Positions 1 through 9,114 of a stretch of 58,942 nucleotides of DNA are shown piece after piece (within the stretch, counting starts at the first letter, position 1; the number at the start of each line of letters is the position of its first letter). The notes beneath the pieces are model-generated. The model was not told where the DNA came from. It saw only the letters and a program-made list of their open reading frames with translations, and searched no databases. The translations under genes were made by a program, and so were the position numbers. Location of the stretch: positions 1 through 58,942 of the IMG/VR virus record IMGVR_UViG_3300032328_000544. The stretch is one strand, 5' to 3'. Source of the stretch: a virus (taxonomy: Duplodnaviria > Caudoviricetes).

Positions 1-38
1 GTTTCATTTGAGACTTCCTTCGTTTGTGTCTATTAGAC

Positions 39-68
39 AACTTACCAGTCACTCAGTCTTTTTGTCAA
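39..68 (-). promoter_or_regulatory. sigma70/SigA-type promoter
   Basis: TTGACA-N18-TAAGTT. Confidence 0.6.
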
Positions 69-80
69 GCCCAGAAGCCC

Positions 81-132
81 AATGGAAAATTACCAACCTT
101 TTTCGAGAGCAAAAAAGGTTCGCTTTTTTCCA
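81..132. repeat. dispersed palindromic element, copy 1
   Basis: AATGGAAAATTACCAACCTTTTT-N-AAAAAGGTTCGCTTTTTTCC. Confidence 0.75.
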
Positions 133-143
133 CGCAATCGCGC

Positions 144-551
144 CTAAATATTGGAAAGTTCGTCGCGAGTCCAAGAATCAAATGAACCTTTGACATATCG
201 AATGTCGTAAATTCTCTCAAACGCCAAGCGAACTTGGTCGCTGATATTCGTGTAATTGCTAATCGCAATCGAATATAAACTTTCTGAATCGAGAAACATT
301 GGAATCGCGCCTTTTTTGGTGTAGTCGCCAACGATTACAATTCTGTCGCCACACCAACGACCATTCACGCCTTCGACCATTGGGAAATCCCCGTAACCGT
401 CAGCGGGCGAAGACATCGACAGCAGATACATAGCATCCGCTAACGACCCTTCGCAACCCGCTTGTTCGTACTGCTTACTACCCAAGCCGATGTCGTACGG
501 GAGTACGACTTCCTTCTTGTCTATGTTTACGAGTATGTGATATTGTCCCAC
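144..551 (-). CDS. hypothetical phage protein
   Basis: 135-aa ORF (MGQYHILVNIDKKE...GRWCGDRIVIVGDY), collinear with the leftward operon. Confidence 0.75.
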   Translation of the reverse strand: MGQYHILVNIDKKEVVLPYDIGLGSKQYEQAGCEGSLADAMYLLSMSSPADGYGDFPMVEGVNGRWCGDRIVIVGDYTKKGAIPMFLDSESLYSIAISNYTNISDQVRLAFERIYDIRYVKGSFDSWTRDELSNI

Positions 552-612
552 CGTTGTGCGTCCGTTCTATGTGTCAGGTTAGGCGAGCCGTTAGGCTCGC
601 CCTCCCCACTTC

Positions 613-2499
613 TTATCCGTTGCGCTTACCTACGCTGGCCAATGCGCTGGCCGCTGCTTGACCGATGACCGTAGCGACATCCGCTGGTGAGGAGGTCGGG
701 TCGAAGTAGACCGCCTTGCCGTCAGTACCGCGAAGGTACGCTTGGGGCTGACCGTCACTCCTAAAGGTAATCCAGAGAACAGCCGTGCCAGCCTTGTCAG
801 CATCCGCGATGTGTTGCTTAGCCTTTTTCTGCTGGTCGTCACGGTAGTGTCCGTCGGACACAACCACGAGCAACCGCGCACCGTTCTGAGCATCGGTGAA
901 GTCCAGCGCACCGTCAAGTGCGAGGAACGCCTTGTCGAACTCTTCCGTGCCGTCGGGCGCAGAGTAGACCACAACATCGTTCAGGTGTTGCCCCGGCTTG
1001 AGAGTCGGGAACACGCCAGAGCCGTAATAGACCATCGCGCACTTGCCCTGAACTCGGCGTACTGCCTCGCTCATAACCCACGCAGTCGATGCCATAGGTT
1101 CCATCGCTCGACCCATTGAGCCAGAGATATCAACCATTACGCCAACGCGCAGTTCGGGAGTTTCAGTCTGCTTGCGCTTAGTCTGTCTCCACGCCTCGAC
1201 AGGGGTGCGAACACCCTTCTCCTTGAGCGCGGCTCCTTGAATCATAGCGCGAGAGCGAAGTCGTCCTGGCGGAATCACGGCGTTGTGTTCAGTGACACCA
1301 CGCTCACGATACTTAGCCTTCTCAAGAGCAGAGCCAACTCGCACAGCGGCGATACGCTCGTCACTTGTGGGCTTACGAGTTTCGACTACAGTCGAGCCAC
1401 TCTTTTTGTAACCACCAGGTGTGCTGCCAATGCCACCTTCTTTATTGAACATTTCTTCAGCAGCCTTGGCACGACCCTTACGCTTGTCAGCGTGCTTGGC
1501 ACGCGCCTCGCGTTCTTCGCGCCACTCTTCATCGACTTGGGCATCAGCGATATCGTTTTGATTGGCAATCTTAATGTTCTCAGCCATTTCTTTGAGAGCA
1601 TCTTTGATAGCCTCGCCAAATTCCTCAGGTGACATTCCACCCTTGCCGGGCATCGGGGTTCCCCCCTCACCCTCAGGTTTGCCTTCGTCATCGCCGGGGA
1701 CAAAGCCTCCACCTTCGCCCTCGTCATCGCCGGGTTCATCTCCAGCGAGAGCATCAAGAATGTCGTTCCATTCTTTTGCAAGGTCGAGCAGGGGCAAGAA
1801 GTTGTCGTGGTCAGCGTGCGCTTGGAATCGTTCCCATACGCTACGCAACTTCTCAATCGTCTCAGCATCAAAGTAAGTCTTGATAATAAGCGAGAGAGGT
1901 TCGATATCTTCTTCCTCCAGAACGCCAGCACTTACTCGCGCCATCGTGAGGGCGCAGAGTGAAGAAACGCTACGAGGCGTAGGTTTGAAGTCTTCGTTCT
2001 TTTCGAGAATGTCAGCGACTACGATTTCCATAGCGCAAGAGCGAAGGAAGACTCGATTTTCGGGGTGGTAGTGAATACCCCACGCCTCGATACGACTCTC
2101 TTCCAAGTAGTGAACAACACTGAAGTCTTTGACTCGATTACGAGAAACAAGTTCAGCGTGAGCAGCAGACAAATCGAATCGTGAGAATCGTGCGTGGCAC
2201 GCCTCGTGAAAGATTGCGCCAGAGGCTACAGGGAAATCGAGTTGGGTCATACGAGTATCGAAATCACCAACAAGGTGTGGTGCCGCGAACTTACCAAAGG
2301 CGGCTTCGATGTTTACTTCGATTTCTGCGTTCATTGGATTGAACATTGCAGGTGCGCCGCTGGCAGTCTTTTCGCCAAGCATAACAACGAGGTCATCTCG
2401 AATTGACCACTTGTTTACAAGTTTGCCAATCCCAGCACCAACGCCAAGCCATTCAGCCGGGGTTCGCGCTATTGCGTTTGTTGTAGTTGTGAAATGCAT
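613..2499 (-). CDS. VWA-domain protein with N-terminal HExxH region (MoxR partner, CobT-like)
   Basis: MIDAS DISGS..T..SDG, FHEACH and LEESRIE motifs, acidic Gly/Pro linker; adjacent to a MoxR ATPase. Confidence 0.85.
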   Translation of the reverse strand: MHFTTTTNAIARTPAEWLGVGAGIGKLVNKWSIRDDLVVMLGEKTASGAPAMFNPMNAEIEVNIEAAFGKFAAPHLVGDFDTRMTQLDFPVASGAIFHEACHARFSRFDLSAAHAELVSRNRVKDFSVVHYLEESRIEAWGIHYHPENRVFLRSCAMEIVVADILEKNEDFKPTPRSVSSLCALTMARVSAGVLEEEDIEPLSLIIKTYFDAETIEKLRSVWERFQAHADHDNFLPLLDLAKEWNDILDALAGDEPGDDEGEGGGFVPGDDEGKPEGEGGTPMPGKGGMSPEEFGEAIKDALKEMAENIKIANQNDIADAQVDEEWREEREARAKHADKRKGRAKAAEEMFNKEGGIGSTPGGYKKSGSTVVETRKPTSDERIAAVRVGSALEKAKYRERGVTEHNAVIPPGRLRSRAMIQGAALKEKGVRTPVEAWRQTKRKQTETPELRVGVMVDISGSMGRAMEPMASTAWVMSEAVRRVQGKCAMVYYGSGVFPTLKPGQHLNDVVVYSAPDGTEEFDKAFLALDGALDFTDAQNGARLLVVVSDGHYRDDQQKKAKQHIADADKAGTAVLWITFRSDGQPQAYLRGTDGKAVYFDPTSSPADVATVIGQAAASALASVGKRNG

Positions 2500-2534
2500 T
2501 TTTAGGTTCCTTCCTGTTTGCTATTTCTAATTTT

Positions 2535-2564
2535 AGTTTACCAGCAAATGCTGGATTTTGTCAA
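2535..2564 (-). promoter_or_regulatory. sigma70/SigA-type promoter of the VWA gene
   Basis: TTGACA-N18-TAAACT. Confidence 0.65.
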
Positions 2565-2625
2565 GTTGAGTGGGGGGTGGGGAAGTTTCCCTCAACCCAC
2601 CCCCGGAGCCAAAACCTAGGAAGGA

Positions 2626-3639
2626 TTAGATTTTGGCTGGTTTCAGTTCCTCGCCAAAGACACGAGCGAAGACATCAGACACAACTGGTCTGTCCATCTC
2701 AGGTGCGCTGGCGAGAATGTTTTGAATCGCAAACTTGAGACCAAAGACATTCGCGGCTTGCTTGAATCCCAAGAGTTCCCGGAATTGCGGCGCCCACGAG
2801 ACTTCACCAGTCTCTTGCTTACGAGCAAGGTTCTGTGCCGCTGTCACTGCCGGGGCAGGAACTCCCAACTTCTTGGCGAGTGACCAGTCAGTGGTCATTT
2901 CGACTTGAAGAAGGAATCGCGAGAGCAGGGCCTCGGAGAGGCGAACGCCGGGCGCGTTGGGGTTCGTTGCCGCTACGACATAGAACCCTTCCTTAGCCTT
3001 GACAGTGCCTCGTTCGGGGTTGGCTCGAACATCGATTTCTCGACGACCATCCATGAGACCATAGACGACTGCCATAACCTTGGGGTCAACGAGACCCACC
3101 TCGTCAATCAGCAGAACTTTACCTTCCTCTGCTGCTCGAACAAGGGGACCATCGACCCACTCAAAGTTGCCAGCAATGGTTTGGATATATCCACCAATGA
3201 AGTCGCCAACCTCAGTGTCACCAGTGCCAAGCACAGTGTAAAGGTCATCGCCAAACGCGGCCTCGACCAGTGCAGTCTTGCCACAGCCGGGTGCGCCATA
3301 GAACATCGAGTAGAGATTTTCTACACGAGCCTTGCGAAGAGCCTCGACATCGGAGTGTTCGCCCCACTTGCGAGAGAAGTAGAGTTCGCCATTGGCACGA
3401 GGGTATGAAACCTCGCCAGCCAAAGCATCAGCATCCACGACAGCCTCCAAGACAGGCAGGACAGCGGCGCCACGATTACGAATGACTGCGCGACCTACTC
3501 GTTCATTGTAGAACTTTTCGTCAGCAGCGATTGCGCGATAGCCCTCGTTGAAAGGGTGGGCGTAGAGAGCAGACACAGCCTTAGCAATGTCATCGTTCAT
3601 AAACTGAGCGTTCAGTTCTTGAATCCAGTTGTTTTCCAT
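2626..3639 (-). CDS. MoxR/CbbQ/NirQ-type AAA+ ATPase
   Basis: Walker A GAPGCGKT, Walker B LLIDE, WVDGPL, ATNP, ALLSRF. Confidence 0.9.
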   Translation of the reverse strand: MENNWIQELNAQFMNDDIAKAVSALYAHPFNEGYRAIAADEKFYNERVGRAVIRNRGAAVLPVLEAVVDADALAGEVSYPRANGELYFSRKWGEHSDVEALRKARVENLYSMFYGAPGCGKTALVEAAFGDDLYTVLGTGDTEVGDFIGGYIQTIAGNFEWVDGPLVRAAEEGKVLLIDEVGLVDPKVMAVVYGLMDGRREIDVRANPERGTVKAKEGFYVVAATNPNAPGVRLSEALLSRFLLQVEMTTDWSLAKKLGVPAPAVTAAQNLARKQETGEVSWAPQFRELLGFKQAANVFGLKFAIQNILASAPEMDRPVVSDVFARVFGEELKPAKI

Positions 3640-3664
3640 GTTATTAGTCCTTCCTGACTATTTC

Positions 3665-4150
3665 TTACGCCGCTACCGGGGTAACGACTTCACCAAAACC
3701 AAAAGTCTCACGCGAACGCATGATTCTGCGATAAAGGTCGTTGGGGGTTTTGTTCGACTTGATTGATTCCAAGTCCTTGAATGAGACCTCGACAAAAATT
3801 GGGTTCTTGTAAAGGCCGTACCCACGAGAAACCAATTGACCAGAGTAGGTCTTGAAGATAGAGGATTGCTCCCGAATCAGATTGGCGAGTATCTCAGGGT
3901 TCTCGTACGATTCGAAGTTGCCATCTGCACTACGAGTCGCGCTCGACTTGTTGCCAGAGTAGAAACTCCAGTTTCGTCGAGGGTGGAAACTACTAATTCG
4001 TCGCATAAGCACATATGGCTTGTGAGGTTCCTCGCCAGCCAAACGCCCAATTAGCGCAGGGGTGAGGATGAATTGGTAGGTGTATTCGTTTTTACGGAAT
4101 TCAAGGTACAGGGCTTTGCCAGCCGCGTCCTTTTCATTTTTTTCACTCAT
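3665..4150 (-). CDS. hypothetical protein
   Basis: 161-aa ORF with a GGAAGGA RBS upstream. Confidence 0.7.
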   Translation of the reverse strand: MSEKNEKDAAGKALYLEFRKNEYTYQFILTPALIGRLAGEEPHKPYVLMRRISSFHPRRNWSFYSGNKSSATRSADGNFESYENPEILANLIREQSSIFKTYSGQLVSRGYGLYKNPIFVEVSFKDLESIKSNKTPNDLYRRIMRSRETFGFGEVVTPVAA

Positions 4151-4199
4151 TAGTTTTCCTTCCAGTTGAGTGGTCTTTTTTGCTTACTAGGTAAATATA

Positions 4200-4643
4200 T
4201 CACATACTCGTGATTTTTGTCAAGTCCATTTCGACATTCATTTTGTCGTAAATAATGTTGAGTGCCCTAATCAAATAATCAGGGGCGACCTCGAAATTAA
4301 AATTCAAAAACAACTCAGACCAATTCATCCACATATCATCGATGACCTTGTTTCCAAAAAGAGCGTCAACATCTTTCATTGCGAGAATCAAGGTGTAGCA
4401 CTCGATTGTGTCAACAAGAACAGGAGTTGGATTTTGGGGAGTGTCCTTGTAGCGCAAGAAGTGCGACAAGTCTCCAGCCTGCCCACCATACGCAGTAAAT
4501 AAGTGGAGAAGTCCAGTGCCATCTTCACGCTCGATGAACTGAATATCGCACCACGCGTGCCCTCGTATTTCTGGGAACAACAAATACACATTGCCACTGC
4601 TACTAGGGTAGAGGGGCACTCGAAGAATTTCTTTTTCTGTCAT
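4200..4643 (-). CDS. hypothetical protein (probably leaderless)
   Basis: 147-aa ORF; TTGACA-N18-TAGTTT lies 7 nt before the ATG. Confidence 0.7.
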   Translation of the reverse strand: MTEKEILRVPLYPSSSGNVYLLFPEIRGHAWCDIQFIEREDGTGLLHLFTAYGGQAGDLSHFLRYKDTPQNPTPVLVDTIECYTLILAMKDVDALFGNKVIDDMWMNWSELFLNFNFEVAPDYLIRALNIIYDKMNVEMDLTKITSM

Positions 4644-4650
4644 ACAAACG

Positions 4651-4680
4651 AAACTACACCACGCGCCGCTCGATTGTCAA
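4651..4680 (-). promoter_or_regulatory. sigma70/SigA-type promoter
   Basis: TTGACA-N18-TAGTTT. Confidence 0.6.
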
Positions 4681-4693
4681 GTGGGCGAGGTTC

Positions 4694-4744
4694 AATGGAA
4701 AATGACGAACCTTTTTTCAGAGCAAAAAGGTTGCTCTTTTTCCC
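4694..4744. repeat. dispersed palindromic element, copy 2
   Basis: AATGGAAAATGACGAACCTTTTTT-N-AAAAAGGTTGCTCTTTTTTCC. Confidence 0.75.
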
Positions 4745-4747
4745 TGG

Positions 4748-5011
4748 CTAGAGAACTGGCTCAGCGCATTTCTCGCAGACGACCCATTCTGATTCATCGT
4801 CGAGACAAACAAGGAAAGGTTTAAAGGCGTAAGGGTTTGCGTTGTCGCCAACTTCCTGCGAACACACTTCGCAGGTCTCTGCGCTAAACGCTTCAATCCC
4901 CGCCTCAGCCGCTAGGACAATATCGTGCGAGTTTTCAATTAGGTGCATTTCAATGTGGCGCATAGTTTTATCATAAAACATTTGCGAAAGGTCTATTTGA
5001 TTCCCCAACAA
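4748..5011 (-). CDS. small Zn-finger-like protein
   Basis: CEVC...CEKC; start uncertain. Confidence 0.6.
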   Translation of the reverse strand: MLGNQIDLSQMFYDKTMRHIEMHLIENSHDIVLAAEAGIEAFSAETCEVCSQEVGDNANPYAFKPFLVCLDDESEWVVCEKCAEPVL

Positions 5012-5037
5012 CGGGAGTGTCGTCTAAACGCTATCCG

Positions 5038-5292
5038 TTACTCACCCGTATGCGTACTAGACAAGCCTGAATTGCTGGCACGCCACAAACTCGGAGAGTG
5101 GTTCTCCTCGACGAGCCGTTTCTCTTCAGGCGAGCCGTACAGACGCAAGCCGTTCAAGCATGGGTCACCCGTCTCGAACTCCTCGTCCTCGCTTGCCGTC
5201 GACGGGAACCCGTCATGCGTAACGCATACGGGCGGGCCAGTCCAGCCGTTATCAAATCCGATTTGAATCCATTCATCAAAGGTCATTTCCAT
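5038..5292 (-). CDS. hypothetical protein
   Basis: 84-aa ORF; TAGACT -10 box 6 nt before the ATG. Confidence 0.7.
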   Translation of the reverse strand: MEMTFDEWIQIGFDNGWTGPPVCVTHDGFPSTASEDEEFETGDPCLNGLRLYGSPEEKRLVEENHSPSLWRASNSGLSSTHTGE

Positions 5293-5327
5293 AACGAAAG
5301 TCTAACACCGCCCGTCGGCGCTCGCCG

Positions 5328-5660
5328 TTAGAACCTAAGGTACAAGTACATGCCGTACGGGTCGGCTAGCGCGAGCGCATCCGCCATTTCGGACGGGACG
5401 GACAAGTTGAACTTCGACTGCCACGAGCCGTCGGAACGCTTAGCGGGTGCCTTCCAGCCTGCGTCTTTAATCAGCAGACCTGTCGCCCGTTCGACGAAAG
5501 CGTGACAAGAGCGAGACTTGCCAGCGTAGGAAATAACGAGCCTGTCGAACTTGCGTCCGGGCTCGACGTCGACTTCCCATTTGCCGATGACCTTGTTGGG
5601 GTACCGCTTATTGAGAACTTTCTCTAGAAGCGCTGAATATTCCAGTGCGTAGTTTGTCAT
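5328..5660 (-). CDS. conserved hypothetical phage protein
   Basis: GRKFDR..HAFV..G...K.AGWKAPAK motif; GAGGAG RBS; TTGACA promoter upstream. Confidence 0.75.
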   Translation of the reverse strand: MTNYALEYSALLEKVLNKRYPNKVIGKWEVDVEPGRKFDRLVISYAGKSRSCHAFVERATGLLIKDAGWKAPAKRSDGSWQSKFNLSVPSEMADALALADPYGMYLYLRF

Positions 5661-5691
5661 TTTTCCTCCTCAGGAAGTTTACTATATCTCT

Positions 5692-5721
5692 AATATACAC
5701 GTCGAACCCGAAGTTTGTCAA
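5692..5721 (-). promoter_or_regulatory. sigma70/SigA-type promoter
   Basis: TTGACA-N18-TATATT. Confidence 0.65.
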
Positions 5722-5914
5722 GTCCTGTGGCGGGAAATCTATAACATAACTAAATCTGAAATAGGCTCCGGGATGGCGACCTCCAGCGTTTATAACATAA
5801 GCAAAGTCACAAATAGTTTCATGTCGGTGCTGCTCGCTACAATCCGGGAAAACCTCGCCAACTAAGAAACGCCCCCCACTTACGTAGGGAGCGTTCTCAG
5901 GAAACGTGAGTTAA

Positions 5915-6070
5915 TTACTCAGCGTCGTCTGCTTCGACGTCTTCGACATCTTCGACGTCTTCGACGTCTTCGACAACGATTTCAGCGTCTTCGACAACAG
6001 CCGCTTCCTCGACGTCTTCGACCTCAACTTCGACCTCGACCTCTTCTGGGGTGACGTTTTCTTCAGTCAT
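5915..6070 (-). CDS. 51-aa hyperacidic protein with EDV repeats
   Basis: ATG at 6070 after an AAAGGA RBS; 26 of 51 residues are D/E and none is basic. Confidence 0.65.
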   Translation of the reverse strand: MTEENVTPEEVEVEVEVEDVEEAAVVEDAEIVVEDVEDVEDVEDVEADDAE

Positions 6071-6155
6071 GCTAGTTATTTCCTTTTTTTCGGATTTTCG
6101 AGATGTTCGAGCGAAACATCCCAATAAAATAATATCAGAAAGTTACGTCCCAATA

Positions 6156-6219
6156 AATGGAAAATTACGAACCTTTTTTTGGCGCTAGGGCGTCGCGACA
6201 AAAAGGTTCGTTTTTTTCC
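6156..6219. repeat. dispersed palindromic element, copy 3
   Basis: AATGGAAAATTACGAACCTTTTTTT-N19-AAAAAGGTTCGTTTTTTTCC. Confidence 0.75.
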
Positions 6220-6967
6220 CCAGCGCATCCAGCGATGGAAAATCAGGAACCCCATTCGCACGAGAATTCGAATAACCCAACGAACGTTGGAACGACGCAA
6301 ACGCTGCTTTAGTTCTCCCATCAAAATGCCCACGTGGAAGACCACGAACACCTGTCGTCGACGCAAGTGCGAGTTGCACAACCTCGACGTGCCTATGACG
6401 AATGCCCGGTTTCACCTGTGCAGGCGAGACACGCAAAAGGCTATCCGTTGATATAGGCAATACCCCCCTTAGGCGGGCCACCGGGTCGAGCGTGAAAAAC
6501 TTAGGACGACCAAAACCAATTACGTCAAGTTTGTGACGCACGCGTTTGAAAACACCGTTGGCATCTAAACCCCCCTTGGGCTGGCCAGAATCAATCATTG
6601 CTTCGACGCACTCGAACGTACCGTCAAGACTGAAGCGAGTGTTATCCGTTACTATACCAACGTGCGGCGAGCCGAAATCCGCAACCGTCGACGTCTCAAA
6701 GAACACAACGTCTCCCCGTCGCGGGCGGGTATGGAAAATACCTAACCTTATGTAATTGGAAAGAGCACCCGTCGGATAAACGTGCGGGTACAAAGGCAAT
6801 CCGACCTCCCGCGCCACCCAGTCAATGAACAACCCGTCCCACGGTTGTCCGTTGACACCGAGGCGCTCGCCGTACATGTTCTCGCGGTTTAGGCGAGCCG
6901 TGTATCCGATTTGAGACTCAGCCTTCTCAACAAAAAGTTCACGCAGTGTCGGTTGCTTTGGTTTCAC
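6185..6967 (-). CDS. CHAP-like domain plus peptidoglycan-binding domain (endolysin-like, catalytic Cys replaced)
   Basis: A.SQIGY, NGQPWDGLF, GDVVFF, HVGIV, IGFGRP; C-terminal VQLAL..G.FDGRT.AA..FQ. Confidence 0.7.
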   Translation of the reverse strand: MKPKQPTLRELFVEKAESQIGYTARLNRENMYGERLGVNGQPWDGLFIDWVAREVGLPLYPHVYPTGALSNYIRLGIFHTRPRRGDVVFFETSTVADFGSPHVGIVTDNTRFSLDGTFECVEAMIDSGQPKGGLDANGVFKRVRHKLDVIGFGRPKFFTLDPVARLRGVLPISTDSLLRVSPAQVKPGIRHRHVEVVQLALASTTGVRGLPRGHFDGRTKAAFASFQRSLGYSNSRANGVPDFPSLDALGKKTNLFVATP

Positions 6968-7121
6968 TAAAGTACTCCGTCAGTGCGTTTAGGATTTGAT
7001 GCGCTTCATTGGCACGAGCCGTCACACGAATGTGCTCGATGCGGTTAGCCGTTAGGTTGACCTCGGCGTCGATGCCGTCAGCGTGAGAGCGCACCATCTC
7101 AATTATCTCATCAGGAGTCAC
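6939..7121 (-). CDS. small hypothetical protein
   Basis: GTG start overlapping the upstream gene end; 60 aa. Confidence 0.55.
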   Translation of the reverse strand: MTPDEIIEMVRSHADGIDAEVNLTANRIEHIRVTARANEAHQILNALTEYFSETKATDTA

Positions 7122-8064
7122 TTTTGTCAACCTCTTCATTTTCAGTGTCGCTGGCGTCCGTCGCCTCGACATCTATAATGCTACTCTCCGTTTGCTCAAC
7201 CGTCTGTTGGAAACGCTGTTCGGCGTCAAGTGCGTTTATTGCTAAGCGTTGCAAACGCTCAGCAATAATGCTCGCCGCAGGTCGGACGTCGATGGAAACC
7301 TCGCCACCAATATCAAACCCAGCCCGCACACCAGAACGGTCAAGAATCTCGGTGGCTGCTTTAAGTTTTACGGGTTCACTCTCGGCGGAGTTCATAAGTT
7401 CTTCGAGAGTGTCGACGGCCGCTGGCGCAGATTGCGTCAAACGTGCGCGAGCACGCTCGACGCTATCCGTCGGCTTATTGCGGAGAGCACCAAGGTGCAC
7501 TCGGCAGAAGCCGTCGTCGCCCGAACGTCCACCACTCCACAACTGACAACGAATCCCGTCATCCTTGATTGCCTTACACCGCGTTGGAAGATGAGCAACC
7601 TTTTTACCGTGCCCAACAGGGTCGCCGTTCGTCTCCATCTGTTGCTTAGACCAACTGCGGGTCGCACCGAGAACCCACGGCGGAACAATGTAGTCTGCTG
7701 CTTCCTCTGCTAACAGGTCGTAACCCGTAAGGTAATCAGAATTCTTATCATCAACGTCCGTGAGAATTTGCTTCTTCTCCTCCAACGAAAGAAGACGCTG
7801 ACGTGACTGCATTTCGGGGGAGAGTGCTTGAATCAAACCAGTCGGAACGCCATTCACCGCATACACAGGAATCCAATTCATCTTGGCTCGACGCAAAGCA
7901 GAACGGTTTTCATATGTGTCTTCGCAAATGCCACGGTCAGCCTCATCAATGCCGTAGAGACTCAAGTCAGGACGTAAATTGATAGGTTCGTCGATTTGTA
8001 TTTCAGGTGCAACAAGTTCAGGAGCAGCAAACGGGTCAACCGCTGGAACCAAGTCTTCTGACAT
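7111..8064 (-). CDS. hypothetical protein with Cys/His motif and helical domain (possibly terminase small subunit-like)
   Basis: RCKA...RC...FCRVHLG followed by AAVDTLEELM...KAATEILDRSG; the gene is clear, the function tentative. Confidence 0.45.
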   Translation of the reverse strand: MSEDLVPAVDPFAAPELVAPEIQIDEPINLRPDLSLYGIDEADRGICEDTYENRSALRRAKMNWIPVYAVNGVPTGLIQALSPEMQSRQRLLSLEEKKQILTDVDDKNSDYLTGYDLLAEEAADYIVPPWVLGATRSWSKQQMETNGDPVGHGKKVAHLPTRCKAIKDDGIRCQLWSGGRSGDDGFCRVHLGALRNKPTDSVERARARLTQSAPAAVDTLEELMNSAESEPVKLKAATEILDRSGVRAGFDIGGEVSIDVRPAASIIAERLQRLAINALDAEQRFQQTVEQTESSIIDVEATDASDTENEEVDKSDS

Positions 8065-8348
8065 AACGTTATCCCTTAGGAGCCGAGCGGGAAGTCGGGG
8101 GAGAGACTGCTTCCCGCTCGACCCGCTATTTGCTACCCATCAAGGATGTAGCAGTAGAGGCGTCTCTTCCCGTATGAGAGTTGAATATAGAACTCTCATA
8201 GGTAACACTATACGCGTCAAGCGATATAGCGAGTTCGGACGAATTTGGCGCGAGTTCCGCCTTGGGCGGGCACTTTCGTTTAGAAAGGGGATAAAAAACC
8301 TTGATTTATCGGGGTTTTTAGTTTTTTCCCTTGAGCCGCAGCCTTGCT

Positions 8349-8978
8349 CTAAAAAACTGATTTGGGATATGGCTGAATTTCATAGCGCAACTTCGACATA
8401 AGTTCCCGCCTTCGGGCGATTGATTTAGTGTTGAACATTACGTATCGGTGCTTGCGTGGTCGTTCGTGTCGCTCAAGTCGCTCACCATAAAACTCTTTTG
8501 CGCCATTGACTCCGCCGTGCTGGTCGAAGATATGACGAGTGTGTGTGCCAGACTTTTCTCCATCAAGTCTCCACTCAACGTGGCGGTCAGACATTCCTGT
8601 GTAAATCCAATTTGTGGCTTGGTACACGGTTCCGACATGTCCAGCATCAATCTCTGCGTAGGAGACGATTATGTCTTTGTCTTTTGGTAGAAGTCTTAGG
8701 GTTCGACCAATAAAAAAAGACTCTGTATTTTTTGGTGTCTCGTCTTTAATCCAAAGTCTGGTTAGTTCGATTACGTTATTGGATTCTTCTTTTCCGCAAA
8801 CTCCGACACACAAACTTGGTGACGCTGGCTTTCCGTAAATTACACAGCCAATCATTTCTTCTTGTTCAAAAAGACCAAAACAAAACATAGCGGAAGCACG
8901 GCGATGAAGATAATGATTCTCGACAACCATTTTGGTCGCTTCTTGAGAGGTAACTTTTTCAATTTGGTACTCAATCAA
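8349..8978 (-). CDS. Mom-like GNAT DNA-modifying protein 1
   Basis: HYLH, ELTRLW, PKNTESFFI, VSYA, GHVGTVYQATNW. Confidence 0.8.
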   Translation of the reverse strand: MIEYQIEKVTSQEATKMVVENHYLHRRASAMFCFGLFEQEEMIGCVIYGKPASPSLCVGVCGKEESNNVIELTRLWIKDETPKNTESFFIGRTLRLLPKDKDIIVSYAEIDAGHVGTVYQATNWIYTGMSDRHVEWRLDGEKSGTHTRHIFDQHGGVNGAKEFYGERLERHERPRKHRYVMFNTKSIARRRELMSKLRYEIQPYPKSVF

Positions 8979-9114
8979 GGCTCGTTGGTTTCTGGTAAAT
9001 CATTTGTTTGTCCTTTCGTGTGACACCCGCATTCGCAGTTTACTGGCAAACTGTTGAACTCGAAAGACGCGACGCAAGGTTCGTGTTGTTCGCTGAGGCA
9101 CCATCCAAAAGTGG

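Noticed and set aside
613-3639. Cobalamin chelatase cobS/cobT
   Set aside because: No cobN or other cobalamin genes; a generic MoxR/VWA pair is the supportable call.
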